From Deinococcales bacterium (GTDB taxonomy: Bacteria > Deinococcota > Deinococci > Deinococcales > JAAFIG01): a DNA stretch of 50,132 bases. Location: positions 1-50,132 of the forward strand of contig JANNVX010000008.1 of assembly GCA_031414595.1 (NCBI GenBank), given 5' to 3'. The translations under genes and the position numbers were made by a program. Of the stretch, positions 10,294-19,646 are shown piece by piece; position 1 is the first letter of the stretch, and each line of letters begins with the position of its first letter. The notes under the pieces are model-generated. The model saw nothing but the letters and a program-made list of their open reading frames with translations. It made no database searches and was not told the DNA's origin.

Positions 10294-10939
10294 ACTGGCT
10301 CGAGACGTAGCAGACCCTGCGACTCGAGGTATATCAGAGGCTGTGGCTCGAGTCCGTCCGTGGCGTTTGCGTTTCCAAGGTTGGATGCGTTGGCTACACA
10401 TTTACACTTTGATGCTGAGTTTAATTGTGGTCTTGTTTTTTTCGGTCACGGGCATCACCTTAAATCACCCGGATTGGTTGTTCGGCACAAAAGAAGTCCG
10501 CCAAGAATACACTGGTAGACTGCCAAAAAATGCCTACTCGAGCAGCACCATCAATTGGTTAGAAGTGGTCGAACACTTACGGGTAGCACACGATGTCAAA
10601 GGCAAAGCCACCGATATGCGAAGCGCCAATCTCGAGGCTTCATTGCGTTTTGCCGCGCCGGGCTACACTGCTGATGGTTTTATAGACCTAAAAAGTGGGG
10701 CGTACACCCTGAATACTTCACACCAAGGCTTTGTGGCAGCCATGAACGATTTCCACCGAGGGCGCAATTCTGGCGCGGTTTGGGCAGTGCTGATAGATGT
10801 GGCTGGATGGTTCTTGGTGCTTATTTCGGCGACGGGCTTGGCATTACTGTTTTACCTCAAAAAAATAAGAATCCAAGCTGTGCTGACCTTGGTCGTGGGT
10901 GGAATAGTCATGATTTTACTGATGCAGTTTTTGACTTAA
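10271..10939 (+). CDS. PepSY-associated TM-helix protein
   Basis: RWLHIY..LFFSVTGITLNHPDW and MNDFHRGRNSG; the ApbE/DUF2271 context fits. Confidence 0.85.
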   Translation: MNSVQRAELARDVADPATRGISEAVARVRPWRLRFQGWMRWLHIYTLMLSLIVVLFFSVTGITLNHPDWLFGTKEVRQEYTGRLPKNAYSSSTINWLEVVEHLRVAHDVKGKATDMRSANLEASLRFAAPGYTADGFIDLKSGAYTLNTSHQGFVAAMNDFHRGRNSGAVWAVLIDVAGWFLVLISATGLALLFYLKKIRIQAVLTLVVGGIVMILLMQFLT

Positions 10940-11385
10940 GGGGCTTTGAACTGGGCAAACCCACCAGAAGCCGTAAAAGCTGCTTCTAGGTCTTTTAAGT
11001 TGCGGGTTGGGGTATTGATTTTATTGCCCGGTAATGTGCCAGCATAAATCTCGAGGGCATCAAAATAACCATCACCATCGCTGTCTAATTTTTTGACCAG
11101 CACCTTAAAAAGAGCGTCTTTGATGCGGGTATCCGAAGATGCCATTTGATTGGTTTCTTTGCGAAAAGTTTCGCGTAAATTTAAGCCAAATGGATTCCAC
11201 GGTGAAGCTCCGGTGCTGTTGATATGACAAAAAGTACAGGCCACGGCTCGAGTGCCATCTTCGCGGTCTGGCTCGAGCTTAAATTGGGCAATCGCAGCCA
11301 AACGGTATTGATTCTTAGCAATGCCTCCACTGGCAAGTCCAAGTGCCAAGAGACTGACGGCAGTGACAAAAAAAATCGGCTTCAT
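10936..11385 (-). CDS. Secreted mono-heme cytochrome c-like protein
   Basis: Signal peptide MKPIFFV..., CTFCH heme motif, WNPFG, and a DSDGDG Ca-binding-like motif. Confidence 0.65.
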   Translation of the reverse strand: MKPIFFVTAVSLLALGLASGGIAKNQYRLAAIAQFKLEPDREDGTRAVACTFCHINSTGASPWNPFGLNLRETFRKETNQMASSDTRIKDALFKVLVKKLDSDGDGYFDALEIYAGTLPGNKINTPTRNLKDLEAAFTASGGFAQFKAP

Positions 11386-11447
11386 AATTTTATCATAACG
11401 TATTCTGATGAAGTTAAACACCGAAATTGATTAAGAAACACCGCCTA

Positions 11448-11506
11448 TCTTGACCATAGACACGCACCTGTCTTGAACCCATACGCGCACCTGACGGGCG
11501 GGTTCG
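11448..11506. repeat. Nested GCACCTG hairpin micro-elements
   Basis: tcttgaccatagacacgcacctg followed by tcttgaacccatacgcgcacctgacgggcgggttcg; related to 33761-33836. Confidence 0.6.
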
Positions 11507-11536
11507 CTTACAAGCATAATCGCTCTTTAATACCCA

Positions 11537-13588
11537 CTAGCCGATTTTTGTGGAAACACCAGCTTTTAGAACACTGACTTCAAGGTTTCCCCATGCTTCA
11601 GGGACAGCGTTGCACAACAATGCAGCACTTAAAAACGCATATGGTGCGGCGGCATCCCATGCTTGCGGATGACAGGCGGCAGGATACGGCACGGGCGGAC
11701 TCGAGGGTAGCCCTAGGGTTTCTTCACGCTTAAAACCAGCAAACAGTTCCGATAAACGAGCATCCCCAGATAAAGCCGCCGCGTCAAGTTGAGCGGCAAC
11801 CAATTTCTTAACTTCTTGGCTATAACCATACTGTGCCAGTCCAAGGGCGGTCAGGGCATTATCGTGACTCCAAACACTGCCATTGTGGTACGAGACTGGG
11901 TTATAACGCGGCATTCCTTCGCCGAGGGTGCGAATCCCCCAACCACTCCACAGCGCACTCGAGAACAAAGTTTTAACCAAGTGTGGCGCAAGTTCTGGCG
12001 GTACTATCCCAGCCCAGAGCGCATGTCCGGGATTCGAGACCAGCACTCGAGCAGGGCGTTTTTGGGCATCGAGCGCATGGGCATAGGTTTCTAAGTCTGG
12101 CAACCAAAACGCCGCATCAAACTTGGTTTTCAGCATTTCGGCTCGAGTTTCAAAGGTTTGGGCAAGCGTAGAATCCCCTAAAGCCGCATAAATTTTACTG
12201 GCACTGACATAAGCGCGGTAGGCATAGGCTTGGACTTCGATGACCGCCACATTTTCACGCAAATCCACACCATTTTCATCGAAGGTGCTATCGCCAGAAT
12301 CTTTCCAGACTTGATTGGTAATCCCGCCTTGATGCGGATTGTATTCAATAAAACCATCTTGGTCTGGGTCGGCATCCTCAGAACTCATCCAGTCGAGGGC
12401 AGCTTTTAGATTCGGCTCGAGAGAGCGAATGGTTTCTAAATCTGAGGTGTGAACACGGTACTCCTCGAGCAAACAAACCCAAAGCGGTGTGGCATCTACC
12501 GTCCCGAAGTAACGTTGGAAAGGAATACGCCCAGTCCGAGCGGCTTCGCCATCGCGTTCTTCATGCAGGATTTTACCGGGCGCTTCAAGGTTTTTGGAAT
12601 TCAGGACTTTACCTTGCTTGGCTGCCAAATACTGCAATGTTCCCTTAGCAAGACTCGGATACCACGGCACGGCAAACAAACTGACAATGATTGGGTCGCG
12701 CCCAAATGGAGTCACAAACCACGGAATCCCTGCGGCTGGCAAACTGCCGTGTTCGGTATCAAAAATGAGCGCCCGTAAATCCTCGGCAGACCTGTCAAAC
12801 ACCCGTTGAATCAGGGGATTACCCAGATGCACCGTACTTTGAGAACGCCAAGCGCGGTACTCAGCATCAAGGTTTTCTCGAGACTTGGCTACTCGAGGCG
12901 CACCGTTTTGAATTGGTGTGACCCGCAAAGTCAAATCTAAGCCAGCGTCTGGAATATCCCAGTGCAATGCCTGTGCGGTGTTGTTTGGCGCTGGCATGTC
13001 GGCAGCACCATCCCCGTGTGAATTGGTATCAAAGGTAATTGGATAATCGGTATCTACACCAAGTTCTACCGTCTCGAGCCGACCCATTGGCGCAATCTCG
13101 ATTTGCACCGCTCGAGCCACACCGTCTTGCCCAGCGTACTCGTACAACAAACCGTTTTCGAGGGCGGTGACTTTGACATCCTTAGCAATTCGCGGCAGAC
13201 CACGCACTTCAAACATATCCGAAAAATCTGAATTCAAGCGCAACTCCAAATGCGAAATGTTCGGCAGCATCCGTCCCCAGTATTCGTGTGACTCGAGCTT
13301 ATCAAACGCCCTGACCCGCACGGTTTCTTCGTAAGTTGCCCCAGATAACCAGCCCTTACGCCGAAACTCGAGACGCTGCGTAGAGCCAAGCCCATGCTCA
13401 GTCGCATGTTGCGAAAAGCGAAAAGGCTCTGGCGTATGCGTAGAAAGCACCGTTGGGGACTGCCCACCAATCCGCCACTCGAGATGCGACAAAAAACGCG
13501 TATCACGGTCATACAATCCAGTTTCACCGCCAGAGATTTGACCAAAAGCATCGGCGACGAGGTACATGGTGTTTTCTTTTAAGCGCAT
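11537..13588 (-). CDS. Amylo-alpha-1,6-glucosidase / glycogen-debranching-like glycoside hydrolase
   Basis: GLYDRDTRFLS N-domain; AAGIPWFVTPFGRD, PGKILHE, DATPLW, NQVWKDS, YHNGSVWSHD, ELFAGF, PQAWDAA. Confidence 0.88.
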   Translation of the reverse strand: MRLKENTMYLVADAFGQISGGETGLYDRDTRFLSHLEWRIGGQSPTVLSTHTPEPFRFSQHATEHGLGSTQRLEFRRKGWLSGATYEETVRVRAFDKLESHEYWGRMLPNISHLELRLNSDFSDMFEVRGLPRIAKDVKVTALENGLLYEYAGQDGVARAVQIEIAPMGRLETVELGVDTDYPITFDTNSHGDGAADMPAPNNTAQALHWDIPDAGLDLTLRVTPIQNGAPRVAKSRENLDAEYRAWRSQSTVHLGNPLIQRVFDRSAEDLRALIFDTEHGSLPAAGIPWFVTPFGRDPIIVSLFAVPWYPSLAKGTLQYLAAKQGKVLNSKNLEAPGKILHEERDGEAARTGRIPFQRYFGTVDATPLWVCLLEEYRVHTSDLETIRSLEPNLKAALDWMSSEDADPDQDGFIEYNPHQGGITNQVWKDSGDSTFDENGVDLRENVAVIEVQAYAYRAYVSASKIYAALGDSTLAQTFETRAEMLKTKFDAAFWLPDLETYAHALDAQKRPARVLVSNPGHALWAGIVPPELAPHLVKTLFSSALWSGWGIRTLGEGMPRYNPVSYHNGSVWSHDNALTALGLAQYGYSQEVKKLVAAQLDAAALSGDARLSELFAGFKREETLGLPSSPPVPYPAACHPQAWDAAAPYAFLSAALLCNAVPEAWGNLEVSVLKAGVSTKIG

Positions 13589-13597
13589 AAGGGATTG

Positions 13598-13727
13598 TAG
13601 CTCCTAGCTTGTAGCTTGTAGCTTCTAGCTTTTAGAGGCTAATGGGGTATTGAAACTCAAGAATACGAAAACACGACAACCACCAACGGACTCGAGCTAG
13701 AAGCTAACCATTAGCAGCTAGTAGCTT
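13598..13727. repeat. Two inverted arrays of TAGCTTN heptamers (13598-13632 and 13693-13727)
   Basis: tagctcc tagcttg tagcttg tagcttc tagcttt ... cgagcta gaagcta accatta gcagcta gtagctt. Confidence 0.7.
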
Positions 13728-13729
13728 TT

Positions 13730-15184
13730 TTACTCTTTACCACCAGAGGTTGCGGCACTTGCCACGAAGTAACGCTGGAAGACACTAAAGAGGATAATGA
13801 CTGGAATTGCGGAAACAATTGCCCCTGCTAGAATCAAGCCGTAATCGCCGGCGGGTCCGTAAATTCGGTTAAAGCTGTTTAAGCCTATCGGCAGCGTAAA
13901 ATTATCTTGTGGACTGGTCAGCACAATCAATGCCCAGAAATACTGATTCCATGTGCCTTGGGCGGTCAGAATGGTCAGTGCGCCAAGCGCAGGGGCAGCC
14001 AAGGGCAGGATGACTAGCCAGAAGGTTTGGAATGGGGTTGCGCCGTCTATCTTGGCGGCTTCCTCGAGTTCTTTGGGGAGGGTTTCAAAGAATTGTTTCA
14101 TAAAAAAGACTTGTCCAGCCCCAATAAATGGCAGTACCAACCAAACGCCCACAAAACTATTGAGTAAGCCAAGGTCGCGCAGCACAAGGTAATTGCTGAT
14201 GAATAAGACTTGATTGGGTACGGTCATGACAAAAAGCATCAGTAAAAACAAGAGGTGCTTACCTTGAAACTCGAGACGAGCCATCGCGTACCCAGACATG
14301 CTTGCAAAAACAAGGGTGGAAATCGTGACCACAAAAACCAATAAAAAAGTATTCAGAATCCAGCGCAAGAAAAGCGGTTGCCCTGTGGTTTGACTGCGTG
14401 CCTCCTCAAAAATTCTAAAGTAATTGCGAAAGGCATAATTGGCAAAACCGGGGGCAGCATTGATAAAGGACTGAATTTTCGGGTAACTGTAGGGGAATTC
14501 GGTAGTTGCGGCTTGGACATTCTCGAGCCGTGAAGGGCTTAGGGTGCTGCTTTCAAATAAGTAGCCGCGTGGTGACTCGAGGGTCATCGGAGTACGTTCG
14601 ATTTTAGGGGCGGGTTTGGCGGGGTCATCCACATTTTTAGCATCGGCTGGATAAACCACTTTCCATTCGTAAGTTACACGCTGAGCGGCTTTGCCATCTT
14701 TTAATTTAGCGGCTTCGGTTCTTAAAAGTTTCAAATCGCTAATTTGGGCGTAATCGGCAGCGTAGACAAAGCCACCCAATGCCAATGCACCTGCACCGGG
14801 GCGTAAACGTGGCACGATGACCGATAAGTTTTCTGGGCTTGCACCAGAGGCTAGAATGCTTTCTGGGACAAGATAACTAGCGCTGTAAGAGACGCTGCGT
14901 CCGGGGGTTAAACCACCCGTCCACGGGTTGCCACTGCCCGAAGCCCCCAAGCCCCAAGCCGTGACCCAATTGCGTGGCGAGACTTCTTCAAAGGCAATAC
15001 GTGGTGGGTACTCGAGCGGGTCAGCTTTAAGGCTCGAGAGTGCTGCCATGAGAAGCGGTGCCATAAATGCAATTGCAAAAAACAAAAGTAAGGCGTAAAG
15101 CAGCGCTGCATAACTCCAACGCCGACGGGCAAGCCAAGCGGCGGGAACTTCTACACCATTGACTCGAGTGGTTAAAGCGGTCAT
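13730..15184 (-). CDS. Carbohydrate ABC transporter permease (MalG-like) with a large extracytoplasmic insertion
   Basis: EAA loop ELEEAAKIDGA; GYAMARLEFQG; about 200 aa of soluble insert after TM1. Confidence 0.9.
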   Translation of the reverse strand: MTALTTRVNGVEVPAAWLARRRWSYAALLYALLLFFAIAFMAPLLMAALSSLKADPLEYPPRIAFEEVSPRNWVTAWGLGASGSGNPWTGGLTPGRSVSYSASYLVPESILASGASPENLSVIVPRLRPGAGALALGGFVYAADYAQISDLKLLRTEAAKLKDGKAAQRVTYEWKVVYPADAKNVDDPAKPAPKIERTPMTLESPRGYLFESSTLSPSRLENVQAATTEFPYSYPKIQSFINAAPGFANYAFRNYFRIFEEARSQTTGQPLFLRWILNTFLLVFVVTISTLVFASMSGYAMARLEFQGKHLLFLLMLFVMTVPNQVLFISNYLVLRDLGLLNSFVGVWLVLPFIGAGQVFFMKQFFETLPKELEEAAKIDGATPFQTFWLVILPLAAPALGALTILTAQGTWNQYFWALIVLTSPQDNFTLPIGLNSFNRIYGPAGDYGLILAGAIVSAIPVIILFSVFQRYFVASAATSGGKE

Positions 15185-16281
15185 TTTCCAGCCCCCTCGT
15201 CGGATACAAAGAATTTACGTTGAATTTGCACAACCGCTAAGGTCAAACCAGCCAAAATAAGCGCGGCAGCACTTGCCATACCAACTTGGGCTTCTGCGCC
15301 ACCACGAAAGACATTGTTATAGACATAGTACGCCAGTGTAATTGTTCCCTCGAGCGGGGCAGTACCATCTAACATGGCGGCTTGGTCAAACATTTGCAGC
15401 GTGCCAATTAAAGAAATCGTGACCACATAAAACGTTACGGGGCGAAGCATCGGAATGGTGATGTAAAGCATTTGTTCGATTGGATTTGCACCGTCAATAC
15501 TAGCAGCTTCGTAAACACTATGCGAGATGCCTTGTAAACCCGCTAAGAAGGTCAGCATTAGGGTGGGAATGGTGGTGAAGGTATTCATTACAATAATAGC
15601 TAGTAATGGATACGGCACAATACCTAACCATTTATCTCTCGAGGATAACCAGACCAAAGGTTCGGCTTCGGCGTTACCAATTTTTACAATTCCAGATGCC
15701 GACAGGATATTCACGCCAATTAAAGCCACAATGATCGAAACCACCAGTAAGGCTGGGTCTACCCAAGTGGCAGGCATTTTTTTAGACCGTTCAAACAGCA
15801 CTTGGGCGACCTGAAAGACAATCACCAGCAGCAAAAACACCAGCATAAAACCAGCGTAATTGCCAATCGTTGCGCCTAAATAAGCCAGTAAACCCGTTGG
15901 GCGAAATAACCAAATAAAGATAAGTGTGGTCACGGCACTCGAGGCGATGCTTGGAAAATAATAGGCAGTACGAAAAAAACCAAGTCCAGAGAGTTTTTGA
16001 TTTAAGACCACAGCCAAGAGCAACGCACCAATGGTTTGTACGATTGTCACCACAATCGAAAAAGTAAAAGTGTTGGTTAGTGCATTGATAAAAAGTGGGT
16101 CTTGAGGCAAGTCAATAAAGTTTTTCAAACCCACAAAATCATTTTTTTCAAACAAATTATAATTGGTAAAACTAAAACCAACAGTACGCGCAAAAGCAAA
16201 GGCAAAAAAGACGGCGAGTGCCACTAAAAAAGGAAACAAGAACCAAAAAGCAGTTAGGTTTTCTCGAGTTTTTGGGTTCAT
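15181..16281 (-). CDS. Carbohydrate ABC transporter permease (MalF-like)
   Basis: FVGLKNF, YEAASIDGA, ITIPMLRP; SD GGAGG upstream of ATG 16281. Confidence 0.92.
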   Translation of the reverse strand: MNPKTRENLTAFWFLFPFLVALAVFFAFAFARTVGFSFTNYNLFEKNDFVGLKNFIDLPQDPLFINALTNTFTFSIVVTIVQTIGALLLAVVLNQKLSGLGFFRTAYYFPSIASSAVTTLIFIWLFRPTGLLAYLGATIGNYAGFMLVFLLLVIVFQVAQVLFERSKKMPATWVDPALLVVSIIVALIGVNILSASGIVKIGNAEAEPLVWLSSRDKWLGIVPYPLLAIIVMNTFTTIPTLMLTFLAGLQGISHSVYEAASIDGANPIEQMLYITIPMLRPVTFYVVTISLIGTLQMFDQAAMLDGTAPLEGTITLAYYVYNNVFRGGAEAQVGMASAAALILAGLTLAVVQIQRKFFVSDEGAGK

Positions 16282-16360
16282 AAAAACCTCCTTAGAAATT
16301 GTCCTAAAACAACTTCCCGATTTCAAGTTATACAAAATCCGAAAATACCCGATTGGTCAC

Positions 16361-16436
16361 AGGGCGGACACGGGGGTCTGCCCCTACCTGACGTATTTTT
16401 ATAGATTTTGTAGGGACAGACCCCTGTGTCTGTCCT
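16361..16436. repeat. Inverted pair of GTAG-family REP elements
   Basis: agggcggacacgggggtctgcccctac (16361-16387) and gtagggacagacccctgtgtctgtcct (16410-16436). Confidence 0.85.
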
Positions 16437-16471
16437 GCTAGGAAACAATGTTCTTGACAAATTCTTTGCAC

Positions 16472-16577
16472 GTCCAGCCTCGTACTCCCGTTTGAGGCTG
16501 GACACACAGATTTAAGTTTGGGCTAAATACCTAAGAAGGTAAGTGAGGACAAGCCCAACAGATACGTTGTCTTACTA
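16472..16577 (-). other. Intercistronic stem-loops downstream of the SBP gene
   Basis: gtccagcctc/gaggctggac (16472-16503) and agtgaggacaa/ttgtccttact (~16542-16577). This is the usual position for mRNA-stabilising or attenuating hairpins in ABC operons. Confidence 0.5.
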
Positions 16578-17816
16578 CTTACCCATGACGCGGTTAATCG
16601 CAGCTTGGGCATCACGTACAGCTTGGTCGGCAGTCTTTTGACCATCCATGGTTGCATTTAAGGCTTCGTCAATACCACGGAACCAATCGCCACCGAATTT
16701 ATCAGGGGCAAACGGAACAGCATTGCCTTCGGATGCGCCCTTGAAGACATTCTTAAAGGCAATGTTTTCTACACCAGTGCCACTCAGGTATGGATCGTCT
16801 TGTAAGGAAATACGGCTTGGCAGCGCCAAACCACTGCGGAGAATAAATTGTTGGGCTTCGACACTGGTTAAAGCGTTGAGGACTTTAATGGCGGCGGCTT
16901 TGTTTTTTGTACCGTTATTAACGCTCCATGCCACGGTGTAAATCAGGTTGCCGCGTTTGCCGGTAACTGGGTCTTTTGGAATTCGGGTTGTGCCGTACTT
17001 GAGGTTTGGTGCGTTGTCACGTAAGAAGCCCAATGCCCAACCGCCTTCAAAGGCTGTTGCCACTTTGCCGCCCTTGATGCAGTCGCCACCCCAACCAGCA
17101 TTGACTTGACCGGGTTTAGCAGCTACACCGGATTTAATCAGGTCGGTGTAGAACTTAAAGGCACGCTTGAAGTTACCATCCAAAATGGTGCGACCAGAAA
17201 TAATTGGTTTCCAACCGGTGCTGGCAGCAAATGCTCCAAAACGGCTGTATTCAGATGGGAAGCAAGTGCCGTAATACCCTTTACCCAAGGCTTTTTGTAC
17301 GGCGGTGACTTTGGTGCTAAAGTCGTTCCAATTATCGTTATCGTCTGGGTAAGCAACTTTGGCTTGGTCAAACAAATCTTTGTTGTAGTACGTGACCAAC
17401 GTGTTGAAATCCTTGGCAATACCATACTGCTTGCCACCGCTCGAGAAGACGCTGTTCAGGCTTGGGATAAAGTCCTTGAGGTTGACTAAGCCGTTCAGGG
17501 GCATAATTTTACCGCTCGAGATTAAACCTTTCGCTGCAAAATCTTCTAAGTAAAACAAATCTGGGGCAGTTCCAGCCGAGAGTTGATTGACAATGGTTTT
17601 ACCAAATTCGGCAGTTGGCACGTACTTGACGGTCACGCCATCGGCTGCCACTTTAGGAGCAACAAACTTGGTGATTAAATCAGCAACAATGGCGGTGTCG
17701 GTTGCACCATCGTACCCACCAATCGTAATCACATTGGCTTGCCCTTGTACCAAACTGCCCGCTAACACTGCGGCTGTGCCGAGTGCTAACCCTGTTACCA
17801 TTACACGTTTTTTCAT
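16575..17816 (-). CDS. Carbohydrate ABC transporter substrate-binding protein
   Basis: Signal peptide MKKRVMV..., AGTAPDLFY, YYNKDLFDQA; SD GGAGG. Confidence 0.92.
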   Translation of the reverse strand: MKKRVMVTGLALGTAAVLAGSLVQGQANVITIGGYDGATDTAIVADLITKFVAPKVAADGVTVKYVPTAEFGKTIVNQLSAGTAPDLFYLEDFAAKGLISSGKIMPLNGLVNLKDFIPSLNSVFSSGGKQYGIAKDFNTLVTYYNKDLFDQAKVAYPDDNDNWNDFSTKVTAVQKALGKGYYGTCFPSEYSRFGAFAASTGWKPIISGRTILDGNFKRAFKFYTDLIKSGVAAKPGQVNAGWGGDCIKGGKVATAFEGGWALGFLRDNAPNLKYGTTRIPKDPVTGKRGNLIYTVAWSVNNGTKNKAAAIKVLNALTSVEAQQFILRSGLALPSRISLQDDPYLSGTGVENIAFKNVFKGASEGNAVPFAPDKFGGDWFRGIDEALNATMDGQKTADQAVRDAQAAINRVMGK

Positions 17817-17904
17817 AACTCCTCCATACCTAAACAAGAAAGACGAAAACCGAAAATCACCGATTGAGAAGAGATCAAACTAATTTTTGACCTTAGAATT
17901 GAGT

Positions 17905-18897
17905 TCATTTCAAGACACTAGAATTGAGTTCATCTAAAAAAGCTGCTGTGGATTGTCGCACCATTAAATTTGTTGCTACCAAGGCACTCGAGGCGGGTTT
18001 ACCACTCATCCGCTCGAGCAGAAGCTCGGCAGCCCGTGTACCAACTTCAAAAATAGGTTGACGCACGGTGGTTAAACCAGCTTTGGCTGCCACGGGTAAG
18101 TCATCAAAACCGGTTACAGAAACATCCCACGGAACACGCCGCCCAGAATCTTGCAGCGCCGCCACAGCGCCCATTGCCATTTCATCCGAAGCAGCAGCTA
18201 TCGCACTAAAATCTAATCCCGCCTCGAGCGCCCGCCTGACTGCTCGGTAGCCACCAAGCTCGGTGAAATCACCGTCCCAAATTAGGTTTTTGATAATCTC
18301 GAGTTGGGCGCTCTGCATTCCCGCTCTAAAACCCTCGAGCCGTTGGACACTGGCTTGACCGGTGTGTGCGCCACTTAAATGGGCGATTTTTGAATGCCCA
18401 AGGTTAATTAAATGCCTAACCGCCGCCAGTAAACCACCATGATTGTCCACATCCACCCAAGATTGACGTTCTAAACTGCGTCCAACCATTGCAAAGGGCG
18501 TTTTAGCACGCTCGAGTTGCATCGGGCGTGGGTCGTCCAAATGCACCCCAAGCAGGATAACCCCGTCTAAGTCTGTCGCCAGTTGGTTCTCGCGCTGGAT
18601 TTGGGTGCTGTAGCCTTCGCTCGATAAGCGTTCCTCGAGGGCATCGCGCAGGATTCCGTAGTAAGTGCTGCCACGGCGTTCGTCTTCATCGAGTGCTAAA
18701 CCGATTACATGACGACCGCGCCGCGCCAACTGACGCGCCCCGGGGTCTGGGACATAGCCAAGGCGTTCGACCACCCCAAGAACTAAGGTTCTGGTCTCGG
18801 GATTAACCCCATCTCTTCCGTTCAGAACACGAGAAATTGTTCCTTTGGAGACACCTGCGTTGCGGGCAACTTCTTGGATTGTCACTTTAGACATCAT
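17905..18897 (-). CDS. LacI-family transcriptional regulator
   Basis: TIQEVARNAGVSKGTISRVLN HTH; VTGFDD, LTTVRQP. Confidence 0.95.
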   Translation of the reverse strand: MMSKVTIQEVARNAGVSKGTISRVLNGRDGVNPETRTLVLGVVERLGYVPDPGARQLARRGRHVIGLALDEDERRGSTYYGILRDALEERLSSEGYSTQIQRENQLATDLDGVILLGVHLDDPRPMQLERAKTPFAMVGRSLERQSWVDVDNHGGLLAAVRHLINLGHSKIAHLSGAHTGQASVQRLEGFRAGMQSAQLEIIKNLIWDGDFTELGGYRAVRRALEAGLDFSAIAAASDEMAMGAVAALQDSGRRVPWDVSVTGFDDLPVAAKAGLTTVRQPIFEVGTRAAELLLERMSGKPASSALVATNLMVRQSTAAFLDELNSSVLK

Positions 18898-18921
18898 TGA
18901 AATCCTTTATATTTTGGCTCT

Positions 18922-18935
18922 TGTAACCGGTTTTA
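18922..18935. promoter_or_regulatory. Probable LacI-family operator
   Basis: TGTAACCGGTTTTA, a CG-centred near-palindrome ~25 nt upstream of the lacI-like gene that heads the operon. Confidence 0.65.
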
Positions 18936-18978
18936 TAACAATAGTCTCAAAAGGCTACCAATGTCAAGTGGTGAGCAG

Positions 18979-19011
18979 AAATACTGACAGATTAAAAATC
19001 TGTCAGTATTT
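18979..19011 (-). terminator. Perfect 15-bp inverted repeat downstream of the ArsR gene
   Basis: aaatactgacagatt-aaa-aatctgtcagtattt. Confidence 0.6.
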
Positions 19012-19023
19012 TCAAACCGTATC

Positions 19024-19383
19024 TTAATTCTCCAGTGCGTGTTCTATCGCATTCTCTAGTAATTGCAGCACATGATGATCGCTTAAACAGTAATAGACCA
19101 TACGTCCGCGTTTTTGGCTGCTGACCAAATTGGCATTTTTTAGGTCGCGTAACTGATGACTGACCGCACTTTCGCTCACACCTGTCAATGCGGCAAGGTC
19201 GCAGACACAAAGCTCACCTGTACTTAATCCGACTAAAATCCGTAGGCGAGTTAAGTCCGCTCCAGCATTAAGAATTTCCACGGCTTTTTGCAGCACTTCT
19301 AAACTCGGCATGGCGGTAGCGGCTCGAGTCACAGCTTCAGGGTTGATTTGACGAATTTCGCAATCCTCGAGAACAGCCGACAT
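19024..19383 (-). CDS. ArsR/SmtB-family metal-sensing repressor
   Basis: TRLRIL, ELCVCDLA, SESAVSHQLR, and an alpha5-like DHHV...EH. Confidence 0.93.
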   Translation of the reverse strand: MSAVLEDCEIRQINPEAVTRAATAMPSLEVLQKAVEILNAGADLTRLRILVGLSTGELCVCDLAALTGVSESAVSHQLRDLKNANLVSSQKRGRMVYYCLSDHHVLQLLENAIEHALEN

Positions 19384-19495
19384 GGGTTTAGTTTACATCG
19401 GCTGATTGTTATTAAAAACACCTTCTCGAGACTCATCTCCAATTCTATAGCTGGCGCTCGAGACGCAAAGTCAAGGTGTTTTACCAATCCCGTCA

Positions 19496-19533
19496 TTTCG
19501 CTCTTTACATATTCCCCTCCAAAGCGGTATGCT
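19496..19533 (+). promoter_or_regulatory. uvrA promoter with an overlapping RDRM-like (DdrO-type) 17-bp site
   Basis: TTTCGC-TCTTT-ACATAT (19496-19512) overlaps -35 TTTACA (19504-19509); -10 TATGCT is at 19528-19533. Confidence 0.5.
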
Positions 19534-19646
19534 TGCGCGTTCAAACTCGAGCGCCATAAAACCAGTTTTTTTGCCAATTTTCTATTCACGTTAATCCCCT
19601 TTTTTCTCGAGTGACCTTCTTTTTTGTTTTACTCTCGAGGAAATCT

